Shown here: positions 10,062 through 19,195 of the stretch, piece by piece
How the letters are laid out: each line of letters starts with the position of its first letter
Position numbering within the stretch: position 1 is the stretch's first letter
From: Candidatus Zixiibacteriota bacterium
GTDB taxonomy: Bacteria; Zixibacteria; MSB-5A5; UBA10806; 4484-95
Direction of reading: 5' to 3'
Assembly: GCA_037441845.1 (NCBI GenBank)
Contig: JBBIRK010000001.1
Location: forward strand, 96,001 to 160,000
DNA length: 64,000 bases
Position numbers and translations under genes: made by a program
Notes under the pieces: generated by a model
Told to the model about the DNA's origin: nothing
What the model saw: the letters and a program-made list of their open reading frames with translations, nothing else
Database searches by the model: none

Positions 10062-13000
10062 AATTCCGCCTTCGCTTGCAGGCGTAGGTTATAATTATCA
10101 TAGCCGTCGCCGAGCCGTTTATACGAATAACGGATCTCCATTTCGGTATAACTATTCAGCCTGAACCGGAAAAGCAACAATCCATCGAAATTGTCGCCGT
10201 CCTTGCGGCCATCGGCGAAAAGATAAGCAATCCGCGATCGAGTCTGCGCGTTTACGCGGAGATAATTAAGTTGACTTTCGAACCGGCTCATCGCGCCCAG
10301 ACTCAATACCATCTTCAGTCCCCCGCCGAACGAGGAAACTCCAAAGTCGCGCCGAATCTCTCTTTCGCGCCGAACGGAAACCGGTATTTCAAGTCTGAAC
10401 GTTTTTGAAAGTTTGTAGAATTGAGTCAATTCGACTTTGTAGCGATGAATATCGTAAGCACCCGAATAGATGACACGCTTATCGGCCGCATATCCGGCCG
10501 CGAACAGGTAACCCATCGTCTTCTGAGGATCGAACCGCAATTCGATATCAACCGCGCTTAACCTGTCGTCGACCGATTCGAAATCGTACCGTGCCCCTCG
10601 ATTTCTCGACAGGTTCAAAGTATTGCGTATATATTCGAAGGGCGAGGGGAGCCTGAACGTGGTTCGATTGCGCATGTCGAAACTCTCATACCGGGGACGC
10701 GAATAACCTCCGAATATGGGAAAAAGATGACCTATTTGGAGATCGACTTCGGGGGCAAGATCATTTTCGAATGCAAGATCGTTCTCGATAGTGATTTTTT
10801 TGGCGAATGACGAAACCGGCAAAGCGTCTCCCTCGAAACGCGACCGCCAGCCGCCGGATATTTCATACCCGGCCGGCCCGTAATCTCTAAGCTGTCCCGC
10901 CGGCCTGATTACCTGAATATATTCGCCGCCTTGTTCGGGAACATAATCCTGTCCGTCAAGCCGATAATCACCCTTGCCGCGTCCTACATAGACGAACTCC
11001 CGAACCTTGGCTGATCTGGTCGATCCATTCAGGTTTTCGTAAAATGAAAATGCTATCCCCGGGTAAGTCAGTTCGATCTTGGAGTTCCCGGCGTATCTTG
11101 TAGATCTTTCTATATTCGGATAAAATGCCCGATTATCGATGTAAACCAATCCCAATTCTCCGGAGACGCCCTTTCCTCCCCCGTCGAGTTTGACCGCGGC
11201 TTCATATTGGTCGGCGCGGCTTTGATAAACCCACTGATTCGAAGTGAACACGGATGGGGCGAATCGGCGGCGGCGCAATATATATTTTCCGCTCGAGGAT
11301 AATCTCCCGGTAATTCGGAGATCCGCCGATGATTCGATTTCCACGACTCTTATCCCCTCAGTACTCCGGTCTTGACCTTTCTTGATGTCATAGCGCCCGA
11401 CAAGCGAGGAGGCGATACGGCGGCCGGAAAAACGGGTTCCGGTTTCGAATCTATCCCATTGGGACTTATTTGTTGCCCCGCTTTGCCTCGATTCCGACAA
11501 GTCAACGGCTCCGAACAGGTTTAATCCTTGCAATGCCCTAAATGAAACATGGCCGAACCGATTGCTTGCCGAGATGCCGTCGGCTTTTAATTCTCCGGCT
11601 CCGACACGAATGTATTCGCCGGAATTCGATACCGCCGACGTCATAAATTCGCTTTGTCGTCGGTAACGCCCGGTCGAAGTCAAAGGAAGGTTGTACTGTC
11701 GGAACAGCTCGATCGTATCAATTGCCCCCGGGACAATGAAATAGTTGTCGAATCTTCTATCTTTAATTTCCAGAATGTTGAAATCCCATACTCGACCAAG
11801 CCCCGGAAGACTGTCTTTTTTCCAGCCTCCGCTTAAAGAAATTCCGAGTCCCGTTCTGATATTATCAGCCGATGACAATTTATTCAGGTCATACCTTGAA
11901 ACCGCCAGTTCGCTTCGAAAATGCAAATCTCCTTCGGATTTAAGCATGACCGAACCGTAATTCGCCGAATTCGGCAGAGGAAAATACTTTCTGGCCAAAT
12001 ACGAACCGAGACCTTTACCGACATATACATATCTGCCGAAACCTGCATATTCGTAGTCACCTTTACCTGTCCCCACAAGGCTGAAATAGACGTCATAAGA
12101 GCCGGAATCGACTCCCGCATATACGTAGATCGTATCAAGTGATGAATCCACGATTGCCTCGTAATTACCCTGATTTTGCCCTACATAGCTGGCTCCGCCG
12201 ATAAATGCTGATTCGGGGTCGGCGCCTGCCGTTTCGATAGCCCTTTTTTCAGCATCTCCGAGCTCGAAAGCCCGGGGACGCGATTCGTCATCGTTTTCGC
12301 CGATGAATTGAAAACTGATTGTCGGGCCGCGTTCAAACGCAATATCGCTTCGATAAAAGGAACGGCGATAATTTTCCAAAGGCACCTGGAACTTAACGCT
12401 GATCAAATTTTGGGAGGTGATAATCACCTTGGGCGTAAAAGTAATGTATCCGTAATCGTAATCTATTTCATAATCGTTATCGATTCCCCTCGAAAGTTTT
12501 CTACCGTCGATAAAAACCTCCTCGGTTCCCCGGACTATGGTCCGTTGACCTGTTCCCGTATTGGCAGCAAGTTCGCCGCCGGTTAACGGATAAGGCCCTT
12601 GCCTTCCGTCGACTCCGAAGAATCGGATTTCCTTTTGCGCCCCGGGAGAAAATGCCACCGCTCCGGTTCCGGAAACGGGCCCGCCGAAACCGCTTAATTT
12701 CAGGCCGATCAGTCTGCGCCTGAAATCGAGAATGGAACCATCAACACCGGATAATTCGAGATTGCCGAAATCAGCGGCGAATGTCGGCGAGGTCAGATTC
12801 ACCGAGACCCGGTCAAGCTCGTCCACAGCCTCGGTTTGCCCGCCTGCGCCGAGATTACGATCGGAGATATTTCCCGAAAGTCTGACATTGCCACCGAGAT
12901 TTCCGCTTATGATCAAATCGAGACTTTGGGTCAACGACGGCTCGCCGCTGTTCCCGAAATTGACCGCGAAGTTCTTACTTCCCGCCAGCTCAATGCCACC

Positions 13001-13372
13001 CGTTTTGTTTATAACCGGCTGAGGACGGCCTGCAAAAGTCGTGGTTTCCGGCCGATCGATTTCCTCCGGTCGCATGAGGTAATAACTATCGCTCAGCATA
13101 AGCGGCCAAACCTCAAGACGGACGAGCACGCTATCGCCGATAGGAAGAGAACGCGAGAAAAAAATGATCTTTTCCCTGAGGTCGATTCTATAATCCATTC
13201 CATCGACAAGAAGCGAATCCCTATATTGGACCTTTTCGCTTGCGGGAACAATTTGTTTTTGACAGAGAGCATACGGCCCGGTGGTGCCGTTGCCGGTGAT
13301 GACGATTTCGATTGTCTCTGTTGCCTGGGCGATTGTCGCGCCGAGAATAAAGAGAAGCAAAAGGCGCTTCAC
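10058..13372 (-). CDS. Large outer-membrane beta-barrel protein with SprA-like N-terminal motifs
   Basis: Signal peptide; two GPY.L...I....E.V.....L....DY.ID repeats; QSLDL.ISG.L...V...G.ISD; amphipathic strands; C-terminal Phe. Confidence 0.6.
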   Translation of the reverse strand: MKRLLLLFILGATIAQATETIEIVITGNGTTGPYALCQKQIVPASEKVQYRDSLLVDGMDYRIDLREKIIFFSRSLPIGDSVLVRLEVWPLMLSDSYYLMRPEEIDRPETTTFAGRPQPVINKTGGIELAGSKNFAVNFGNSGEPSLTQSLDLIISGNLGGNVRLSGNISDRNLGAGGQTEAVDELDRVSVNLTSPTFAADFGNLELSGVDGSILDFRRRLIGLKLSGFGGPVSGTGAVAFSPGAQKEIRFFGVDGRQGPYPLTGGELAANTGTGQRTIVRGTEEVFIDGRKLSRGIDNDYEIDYDYGYITFTPKVIITSQNLISVKFQVPLENYRRSFYRSDIAFERGPTISFQFIGENDDESRPRAFELGDAEKRAIETAGADPESAFIGGASYVGQNQGNYEAIVDSSLDTIYVYAGVDSGSYDVYFSLVGTGKGDYEYAGFGRYVYVGKGLGSYLARKYFPLPNSANYGSVMLKSEGDLHFRSELAVSRYDLNKLSSADNIRTGLGISLSGGWKKDSLPGLGRVWDFNILEIKDRRFDNYFIVPGAIDTIELFRQYNLPLTSTGRYRRQSEFMTSAVSNSGEYIRVGAGELKADGISASNRFGHVSFRALQGLNLFGAVDLSESRQSGATNKSQWDRFETGTRFSGRRIASSLVGRYDIKKGQDRSTEGIRVVEIESSADLRITGRLSSSGKYILRRRRFAPSVFTSNQWVYQSRADQYEAAVKLDGGGKGVSGELGLVYIDNRAFYPNIERSTRYAGNSKIELTYPGIAFSFYENLNGSTRSAKVREFVYVGRGKGDYRLDGQDYVPEQGGEYIQVIRPAGQLRDYGPAGYEISGGWRSRFEGDALPVSSFAKKITIENDLAFENDLAPEVDLQIGHLFPIFGGYSRPRYESFDMRNRTTFRLPSPFEYIRNTLNLSRNRGARYDFESVDDRLSAVDIELRFDPQKTMGYLFAAGYAADKRVIYSGAYDIHRYKVELTQFYKLSKTFRLEIPVSVRREREIRRDFGVSSFGGGLKMVLSLGAMSRFESQLNYLRVNAQTRSRIAYLFADGRKDGDNFDGLLLFRFRLNSYTEMEIRYSYKRLGDGYDNYNLRLQAKAEF

Positions 13373-13375
13373 AGA

Positions 13376-14308
13376 TCAATCCTCGTAAAGCGGCTTTAAC
13401 AGCAGAATCCGCGAAAGTCCCGCATCCGCCAGATAAAGCAGCGTATCTCCCGATGGACAAACGGCCGATAGCGATACGGAAGGTCCGAAATCAACACCGC
13501 TCCATGAGATTAGAACGTTGCCCCGCCTGTCGAGGCCGTTTAATTCGGTTTCGTCGGTTATCCAGATAATTCCGTTCGACGAGACTCCCACCGAATTGGG
13601 AGCTTTCCCAGGACTATCAAGACCGGCTATCGGCATACCGAAATCATCGAAAACCGCGACTTTACTGCGGAGTCTATCGGCGATGATGACCCTCGAATCG
13701 GGGGCGATAGCGATTCCGGCGGGATATCCGATCTCCAGATGACTTCCTATTTCCCCGAAACTGTTCACGTAACTGAAAAACGGATCGAGTTTGTAGCATC
13801 CTCCCAAGCCATCATCGCCCAGATAAATGTAGCCGCTGCGGCTTACTTTTATCGAGGTCAAGTAGCGAAACGGAATCAACTGCTCCCGCCGGAAACCTAT
13901 ATGCGAGGAGATGTAATCGAGCCTGAAATCAAAAATCACCACCCGTGAATTCCCGGAATCGACGACGTAGACGTTGGAAACGTTATCGATCGCAATCGAG
14001 ATCGGGCCTTTAAGGGCCGTTTCTTTGAAACCGGAGCCGCCGCATTCGGCCATGAATTCGCCGTTAGGGCCGATTTTCACCACTCGGTCGTTGCCGTAAT
14101 CGGCTATGAATAATTCACCCCGATCATTGACCGCTATATCGGAGGGAGCCCTGAGCGGCTTATTCGATCCGATTTCGGGACCTAATACCCCGACGGAGGT
14201 TATACCGATTACATGCGGCGGCCGAGCCGCATTCGAGATATCACTGGCGCCGCATCGGCAAAAAAACAATAGGACTGATATGAATAAGATTAAACACGAG
14301 CGCGACAT
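13376..14308 (-). CDS. Exported NHL-repeat beta-propeller protein
   Basis: PSDIAV...LFIADYGNDRV, PISIAID...VYVVDSGNSRV; ATG overlaps the upstream TGA (TGATG). Confidence 0.85.
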   Translation of the reverse strand: MSRSCLILFISVLLFFCRCGASDISNAARPPHVIGITSVGVLGPEIGSNKPLRAPSDIAVNDRGELFIADYGNDRVVKIGPNGEFMAECGGSGFKETALKGPISIAIDNVSNVYVVDSGNSRVVIFDFRLDYISSHIGFRREQLIPFRYLTSIKVSRSGYIYLGDDGLGGCYKLDPFFSYVNSFGEIGSHLEIGYPAGIAIAPDSRVIIADRLRSKVAVFDDFGMPIAGLDSPGKAPNSVGVSSNGIIWITDETELNGLDRRGNVLISWSGVDFGPSVSLSAVCPSGDTLLYLADAGLSRILLLKPLYED

Positions 14309-15075
14309 CAATTGAATTGCTTCGATAAGCCGAGATAAAACGTCGAAGCGCCCGATCCGGTGTAATAGCGGCAATCCAAATCGATTCCCGAAAATCCCAA
14401 CCGCCTGTTGAACTTTCCCGCGGAGATAAAGGCATCGATCGCGGACACCAAATGATTGACGATGACTCCGCCGATCACCAGGTCGGCGCGCCGGTAGGCG
14501 GTTTTACTCTGATTGCGCAATTTGCGATAATGTTCGCGCGACTGCCGGCTGTCCCAATTCCAGTAATAATCGGGCGTCTCCGGAAATATCAACGCTTCGT
14601 CTCTATCGATAACCCTTATCATCTGATTGTAGCCGAAACCGTCCGGCTCGTTGCTATCACGGTTATCGTAGTAAGTCAGCTTGGTCCAATATCGATCGTC
14701 ATCGTTATAAGGGCTGGCGCCGGCATGCAAAACCGCCCAGCCTCTGGAGGCCTCGCTTTTCATTTTTCCAAACTTGCGGAATCCATAGAACGAAATCCAT
14801 AACCCGCTTTCGATGCCCGCGTATAATTTCGTTTTGAATACATTTCCGGAGTAATATTGCCCTGCGCCGGGCAAGATCAGCGAATACAAGCCGGCAAGGA
14901 ATCTCGACTTCGCTGCTTTGCCCGATACCTGACCGGACAGCGGGATGTTCAGATCTTCATCGCCGCCAAGCCGTCGCTCGGCCATCTGCAATTCAAGGGC
15001 GGTAATTATCGACTGGGCCGCTGCAGGCGATACGGCAATAATAGTCAAAAGCAGTATTAAAACGATCTTGCGCAT
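14308..15075 (-). CDS. Exported hypothetical protein, DUF5683/TM2-like (paralog 2)
   Basis: Signal peptide; SLILPGAGQYY and NHLVSAIDA motifs. Confidence 0.6.
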   Translation of the reverse strand: MRKIVLILLLTIIAVSPAAAQSIITALELQMAERRLGGDEDLNIPLSGQVSGKAAKSRFLAGLYSLILPGAGQYYSGNVFKTKLYAGIESGLWISFYGFRKFGKMKSEASRGWAVLHAGASPYNDDDRYWTKLTYYDNRDSNEPDGFGYNQMIRVIDRDEALIFPETPDYYWNWDSRQSREHYRKLRNQSKTAYRRADLVIGGVIVNHLVSAIDAFISAGKFNRRLGFSGIDLDCRYYTGSGASTFYLGLSKQFN

Positions 15076-15076
15076 A

Positions 15077-15889
15077 TCAAAATTTATAATCCATTGTCAA
15101 CACCGGCGCCAAAGTCCGGCCGAATTCCCGCGATTTGAATTTGAGCGAAAATCGTTTCTGTCCCTTGTTGAATTTTTTGGCCGTCAGGGCGGCATCGAAC
15201 GCCGATATCAGGTGATTGCCGATCGCCACCATAATCATGGTGTTGGAATTTTGATACAGGTCGTTGGCCTGACGACGTAAATCGAGATAAAAATCTCGAT
15301 GGGGAGACGTGGTTTCCTCACCGAACGGCGGCGGTTCGATGTCTATATCATCCCAGCCGATCTGGAATTCGTTATATTTTCCGATATTTTCGTAATATTC
15401 ATGATTGAACAGCGGCCGGTTGTTGTAATCATCCCATGGCATTTCGTGCGAATAATTCTCTCTGATATCCTCCGGTATCTGATTCCACCAAGCCCGAAAC
15501 TCCCGCCAATCGTAATGCTCATCGGCAAAGGCGATATATTCATTTTTCTTCTTATCACCCTTACTTTGATAGACAAAGTAGGCAGTCCAAACGGTGGCCT
15601 CTATGCCGAGAAAAACGAAAGGTTTTATGCGCGAACCGGCGTAATATTGACCGGCGCCGGGCACGGCCAGCGAATAAAAGAAGGCCTTCTTGGTGGATTT
15701 GGTGCCGAATTGATAAATGTCGGCCTCAAGCGGCTCATCCTCGAACTCGAAATCGGAATTGTCGGCCAAAAGGCGACCGACTGTCATATCCGCTTTGGCG
15801 AAATGATCGCTTACGGTGAAACTTCGTTCAGCAAATATCGGGTGCGTTGCCAGCATGACAATCAATATGATCATTCCAAACGCGCGCAT
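15077..15889 (-). CDS. Exported hypothetical protein, DUF5683/TM2-like (paralog 1)
   Basis: Signal peptide; SLAVPGAGQYY, YYENIGKY, NHLISAFDA; terminal Phe. Confidence 0.6.
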   Translation of the reverse strand: MRAFGMIILIVMLATHPIFAERSFTVSDHFAKADMTVGRLLADNSDFEFEDEPLEADIYQFGTKSTKKAFFYSLAVPGAGQYYAGSRIKPFVFLGIEATVWTAYFVYQSKGDKKKNEYIAFADEHYDWREFRAWWNQIPEDIRENYSHEMPWDDYNNRPLFNHEYYENIGKYNEFQIGWDDIDIEPPPFGEETTSPHRDFYLDLRRQANDLYQNSNTMIMVAIGNHLISAFDAALTAKKFNKGQKRFSLKFKSREFGRTLAPVLTMDYKF

Positions 15890-15899
15890 CGTTCCTCCT

Positions 15900-18800
15900 C
15901 TATTTTATCAAGGCAACTTTCAGGATCATGTGTTTCTTCGAATCGACGGCATCGGCCTCGATTCTGGCCAGATATACGCCTGGGGCCACATTACGGCAAT
16001 CCCAGGCGATTTCATTATCCGAACCGGCTATCGCCGCCCCTGACAGATTTTCCACGAGCTCTCCGGAGAGGTCGAATATTTTCACGACAACCCTGGCATC
16101 GCGATCGGAATAATAGCGGAAAGCCACCCGATCTGAGGCCGGATTGGGATAACAATAAACCGAGCCGTCGGGCAGAAATCCGGATGCGGAGCTGATCGGG
16201 CGATTAAACCGGGCATCCAAAACGGGATTGGCATAATGGCCGCCATCGGACATGGGCCATGGATTCCTAAGGGAATCGTAATCGGCCTCAAGATTCCAGG
16301 CGGTTACGAATCCGAAACTATCAAGTGCGGCGATCTCCAGCGCGCCGTTGCCGTCGAGATCACAGGCGATCGGCGGGCCGATCAAATGAGACGTTGTCGG
16401 CAACGGAAAACCGGGCAGGGGAATTCCCCTGTAATCGTAAGCGGCAACCCCGCCCCCGGGCAACGCGAAAATGATATCGGGATACCCATTGGAATTAAGA
16501 TCGGCCAGCGTCACCGCCGGGGATTCCGCCGATGAGTTGGCGGCGAAATTCAATCTTACCGGAAAGCCGTTGAGATAAACACAATTACGATTCAAAGCAT
16601 AAATCGTCAAGAAACGATCACCGCCGATCAGTGCGATGTCCGGATAGCCATCGGTATCGATATCACCGACCGCCGGCGGCCCAAGATTGGGCAGAAGTCG
16701 TTGCGAAAGCGAATACTCAGCTCCGTCGATCAGACAAAGATAATCGCCTATGACTACGACGGCATCGGCAAACAGGTCACGGTCGAAATCGGCCGCCGCC
16801 AATCCGCGGTATTGACCATCGGGCAATGTAATTTCGCCAACAAACGTGAAAGATATCCCGCTTCTACGCAAAATTCGACAGGTGAATGATAAATCATCTG
16901 CGCAAATAATGTAAGCCACCGAATCGGCGATTGCTACCGCCCTTGGCGTTCGGGTGAGACTGTCCAAAACCGTCATCGCCAGGCTGTCCGGCGAGAACAT
17001 TTTCAGATATCGAATAGTCTTGTCCTCAAAACCCACAACGATTTCATCATTACCGTCGAGATCCAAATCGATAGTCAGTGGGGATGCAGTGACGTCGGCA
17101 GGAAAGGTCAAACCGGTCATGAAATCCGACAGCGAATCGAGCGGAAAGCTGTCGATAGGCGCATAAACCCGAAGGATACCGCGATTATCCAACAGGATAA
17201 CCTCGAGACGATCATCGGCTATTAGATTTCCGGCAACGGGTCTCGCGGCCAATGAAGTATCATTGATGGTGAACAACGGCAGATCATAAATCAATGAATC
17301 GCCGTCGAAACGCGGAACATACAATCCCGACGTGAGCGGAAAATAGGGCGTGCCGTCATGCTGCAGGCAAACCAGGAATCTACCCCCGCCAGTCAGTAAT
17401 TCATTGCGGCCGTCGGCGTTCAAATCGAGAAACAAGAGGTCGTGATTATCGCCGATATAAGGAAAACCCATGACCGGGAAACCCGGTCGGAACCAATCTA
17501 TCCTGATGCTCCCGCAATGCATCAGCGTATCCGACGAATCTATATCCGTAATCCAGATATGACTGTCCGCGCCGAGATTCGAGCGGCTGCTCGGATTGGT
17601 AAACGGCGATAAGGTGGCATTATTGTCTATCCGATAATAGTCGTCCGCCGAGCCGTAGCCCGTATAGTAGTTGCCGCCGAAATCTATTATGCCGTCGGCC
17701 TCGACCACGGTCAGAAACCGCCTCGATGGGTCCCATTGAAGGGTGTTATTGAGAAAATTGTTTCTTCCGTTGCCCAAATAGTCCATATAGGCGACCGTCT
17801 CGTCCACGTGCCAAATTAAAATTCCATCGCCCGGCAAAAGACGGTCATATTCGCCGGTGGGGACTTTTATCGTATCGTTCATATCGAAATAGGCATAACC
17901 GGGTCCGAGAATGACGCCGGTCGCCGGATCCGCCAAAAGTACGTTTGGTATGGAGGGGTTATAATCCAGGTAACCGAAATCCGCCGTGGTTTGACGATTT
18001 TCGATCAGGAAATACTCGTGTTCGGATATCGGCACCTTGACGATTTCATTGTTGAAGTATGCCTGTTCGGCCGCTCTTACCGGAACGTTCTGCTGGTTCA
18101 CCACTTCATGCACCGCCGAGAAACCCAAATAAGCTCTCGACCAGGCATCCGGATAGATCGGCAGTGCCCCATTCACGAATCGGGCTCCTTCGCCGAGGTC
18201 TATAGCCACGGACATACCGTTATTGTCCATCAACGAAAAATCGCCGACTTGGGTCATGAAATTAAGCGTGCTGTAGATATCGACCAGCCCCAATTGGTGT
18301 CCGAATTCATGCGCCAGCACTGCATTCAAGCAGGTAATCCGATTGTCCTGAGAGGCAGTCTCGGGCATGAGCAACCCCTCGCTGATGTAGTTGCGGCCGC
18401 TGTCCACGCTCACGGAGTCGCCTAATGATATAAATCCTGTCCAAAGATCGTTGGGAGTGTCGTCAATAAAACTAAAGTTATTTTGCTGATCGCTGCCGGC
18501 GTGGAAAATTATAACTGATTGAAAACGTCCGAAATCGAGCTGGGGAAACTGACTATCGGCCAGGGTGATCGAATGGATGAAAAACCGCTCCAGCCCGCTG
18601 ATTATGCTATCGGGATTTCCCCCGCTGCCGTAATACGACATCGGAAAAGGCAAACGCAACGAAACGGTCTCCTCGACCGGATAAATTTCCCAGATCAGGC
18701 GCAACCGCCTATCGGATACGAACCGCCAGTAGCGGGCGAGCGCTTCCATATGCGACGAAAAGTAAGCTGTGTTGTGAGGAGCGGGATCCAGAAAATGGCC

Positions 18801-19184
18801 CTCTTCCTGCAAGAATTGCTCGTAACTCCGCAAATCGAATGTACCGTCGCCAGTGGTCGTGGGGTCATCGGGGACTTCCTGCTGAAAGTCGACTTTCAGA
18901 ACGAGGACGTTCAGAGTATCGATCTGAGAGGAAAGCGCAAGGGGTAGATTCCCCTTGGCAACCGGCAATCCGAATTCGGTTTCGCGCTCGAGTTTCAACA
19001 GATTTTTCCGTGACACCATCGAGTGGAACCCGGTGGTTCGGGGTCGAGATTCCGATGGATTCAGCGACCATTTCCCGCCGGATTGAACGGGCCTAAGCAC
19101 CGACGGAGGTAAAGCCGAATGGACGGCGACCCAAAATGAAAATACGATTGGAATTACGATCCAGCGGATTTGCGATGCGCTCAC
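15900..19184 (-). CDS. M6 (immune inhibitor A-like) metalloprotease with FG-GAP repeats and type A T9SS C-terminal domain
   Basis: IFHAG, HEFGHQLGLVD, SLM Met-turn, EYFLIENR, LIWHVDE; DxDxDG repeats; YPNP...KIFDLSG...GVY...KVALIK. Confidence 0.85.
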   Translation of the reverse strand: MSASQIRWIVIPIVFSFWVAVHSALPPSVLRPVQSGGKWSLNPSESRPRTTGFHSMVSRKNLLKLERETEFGLPVAKGNLPLALSSQIDTLNVLVLKVDFQQEVPDDPTTTGDGTFDLRSYEQFLQEEGHFLDPAPHNTAYFSSHMEALARYWRFVSDRRLRLIWEIYPVEETVSLRLPFPMSYYGSGGNPDSIISGLERFFIHSITLADSQFPQLDFGRFQSVIIFHAGSDQQNNFSFIDDTPNDLWTGFISLGDSVSVDSGRNYISEGLLMPETASQDNRITCLNAVLAHEFGHQLGLVDIYSTLNFMTQVGDFSLMDNNGMSVAIDLGEGARFVNGALPIYPDAWSRAYLGFSAVHEVVNQQNVPVRAAEQAYFNNEIVKVPISEHEYFLIENRQTTADFGYLDYNPSIPNVLLADPATGVILGPGYAYFDMNDTIKVPTGEYDRLLPGDGILIWHVDETVAYMDYLGNGRNNFLNNTLQWDPSRRFLTVVEADGIIDFGGNYYTGYGSADDYYRIDNNATLSPFTNPSSRSNLGADSHIWITDIDSSDTLMHCGSIRIDWFRPGFPVMGFPYIGDNHDLLFLDLNADGRNELLTGGGRFLVCLQHDGTPYFPLTSGLYVPRFDGDSLIYDLPLFTINDTSLAARPVAGNLIADDRLEVILLDNRGILRVYAPIDSFPLDSLSDFMTGLTFPADVTASPLTIDLDLDGNDEIVVGFEDKTIRYLKMFSPDSLAMTVLDSLTRTPRAVAIADSVAYIICADDLSFTCRILRRSGISFTFVGEITLPDGQYRGLAAADFDRDLFADAVVVIGDYLCLIDGAEYSLSQRLLPNLGPPAVGDIDTDGYPDIALIGGDRFLTIYALNRNCVYLNGFPVRLNFAANSSAESPAVTLADLNSNGYPDIIFALPGGGVAAYDYRGIPLPGFPLPTTSHLIGPPIACDLDGNGALEIAALDSFGFVTAWNLEADYDSLRNPWPMSDGGHYANPVLDARFNRPISSASGFLPDGSVYCYPNPASDRVAFRYYSDRDARVVVKIFDLSGELVENLSGAAIAGSDNEIAWDCRNVAPGVYLARIEADAVDSKKHMILKVALIK

Positions 19185-19195
19185 GCTACACCTGT

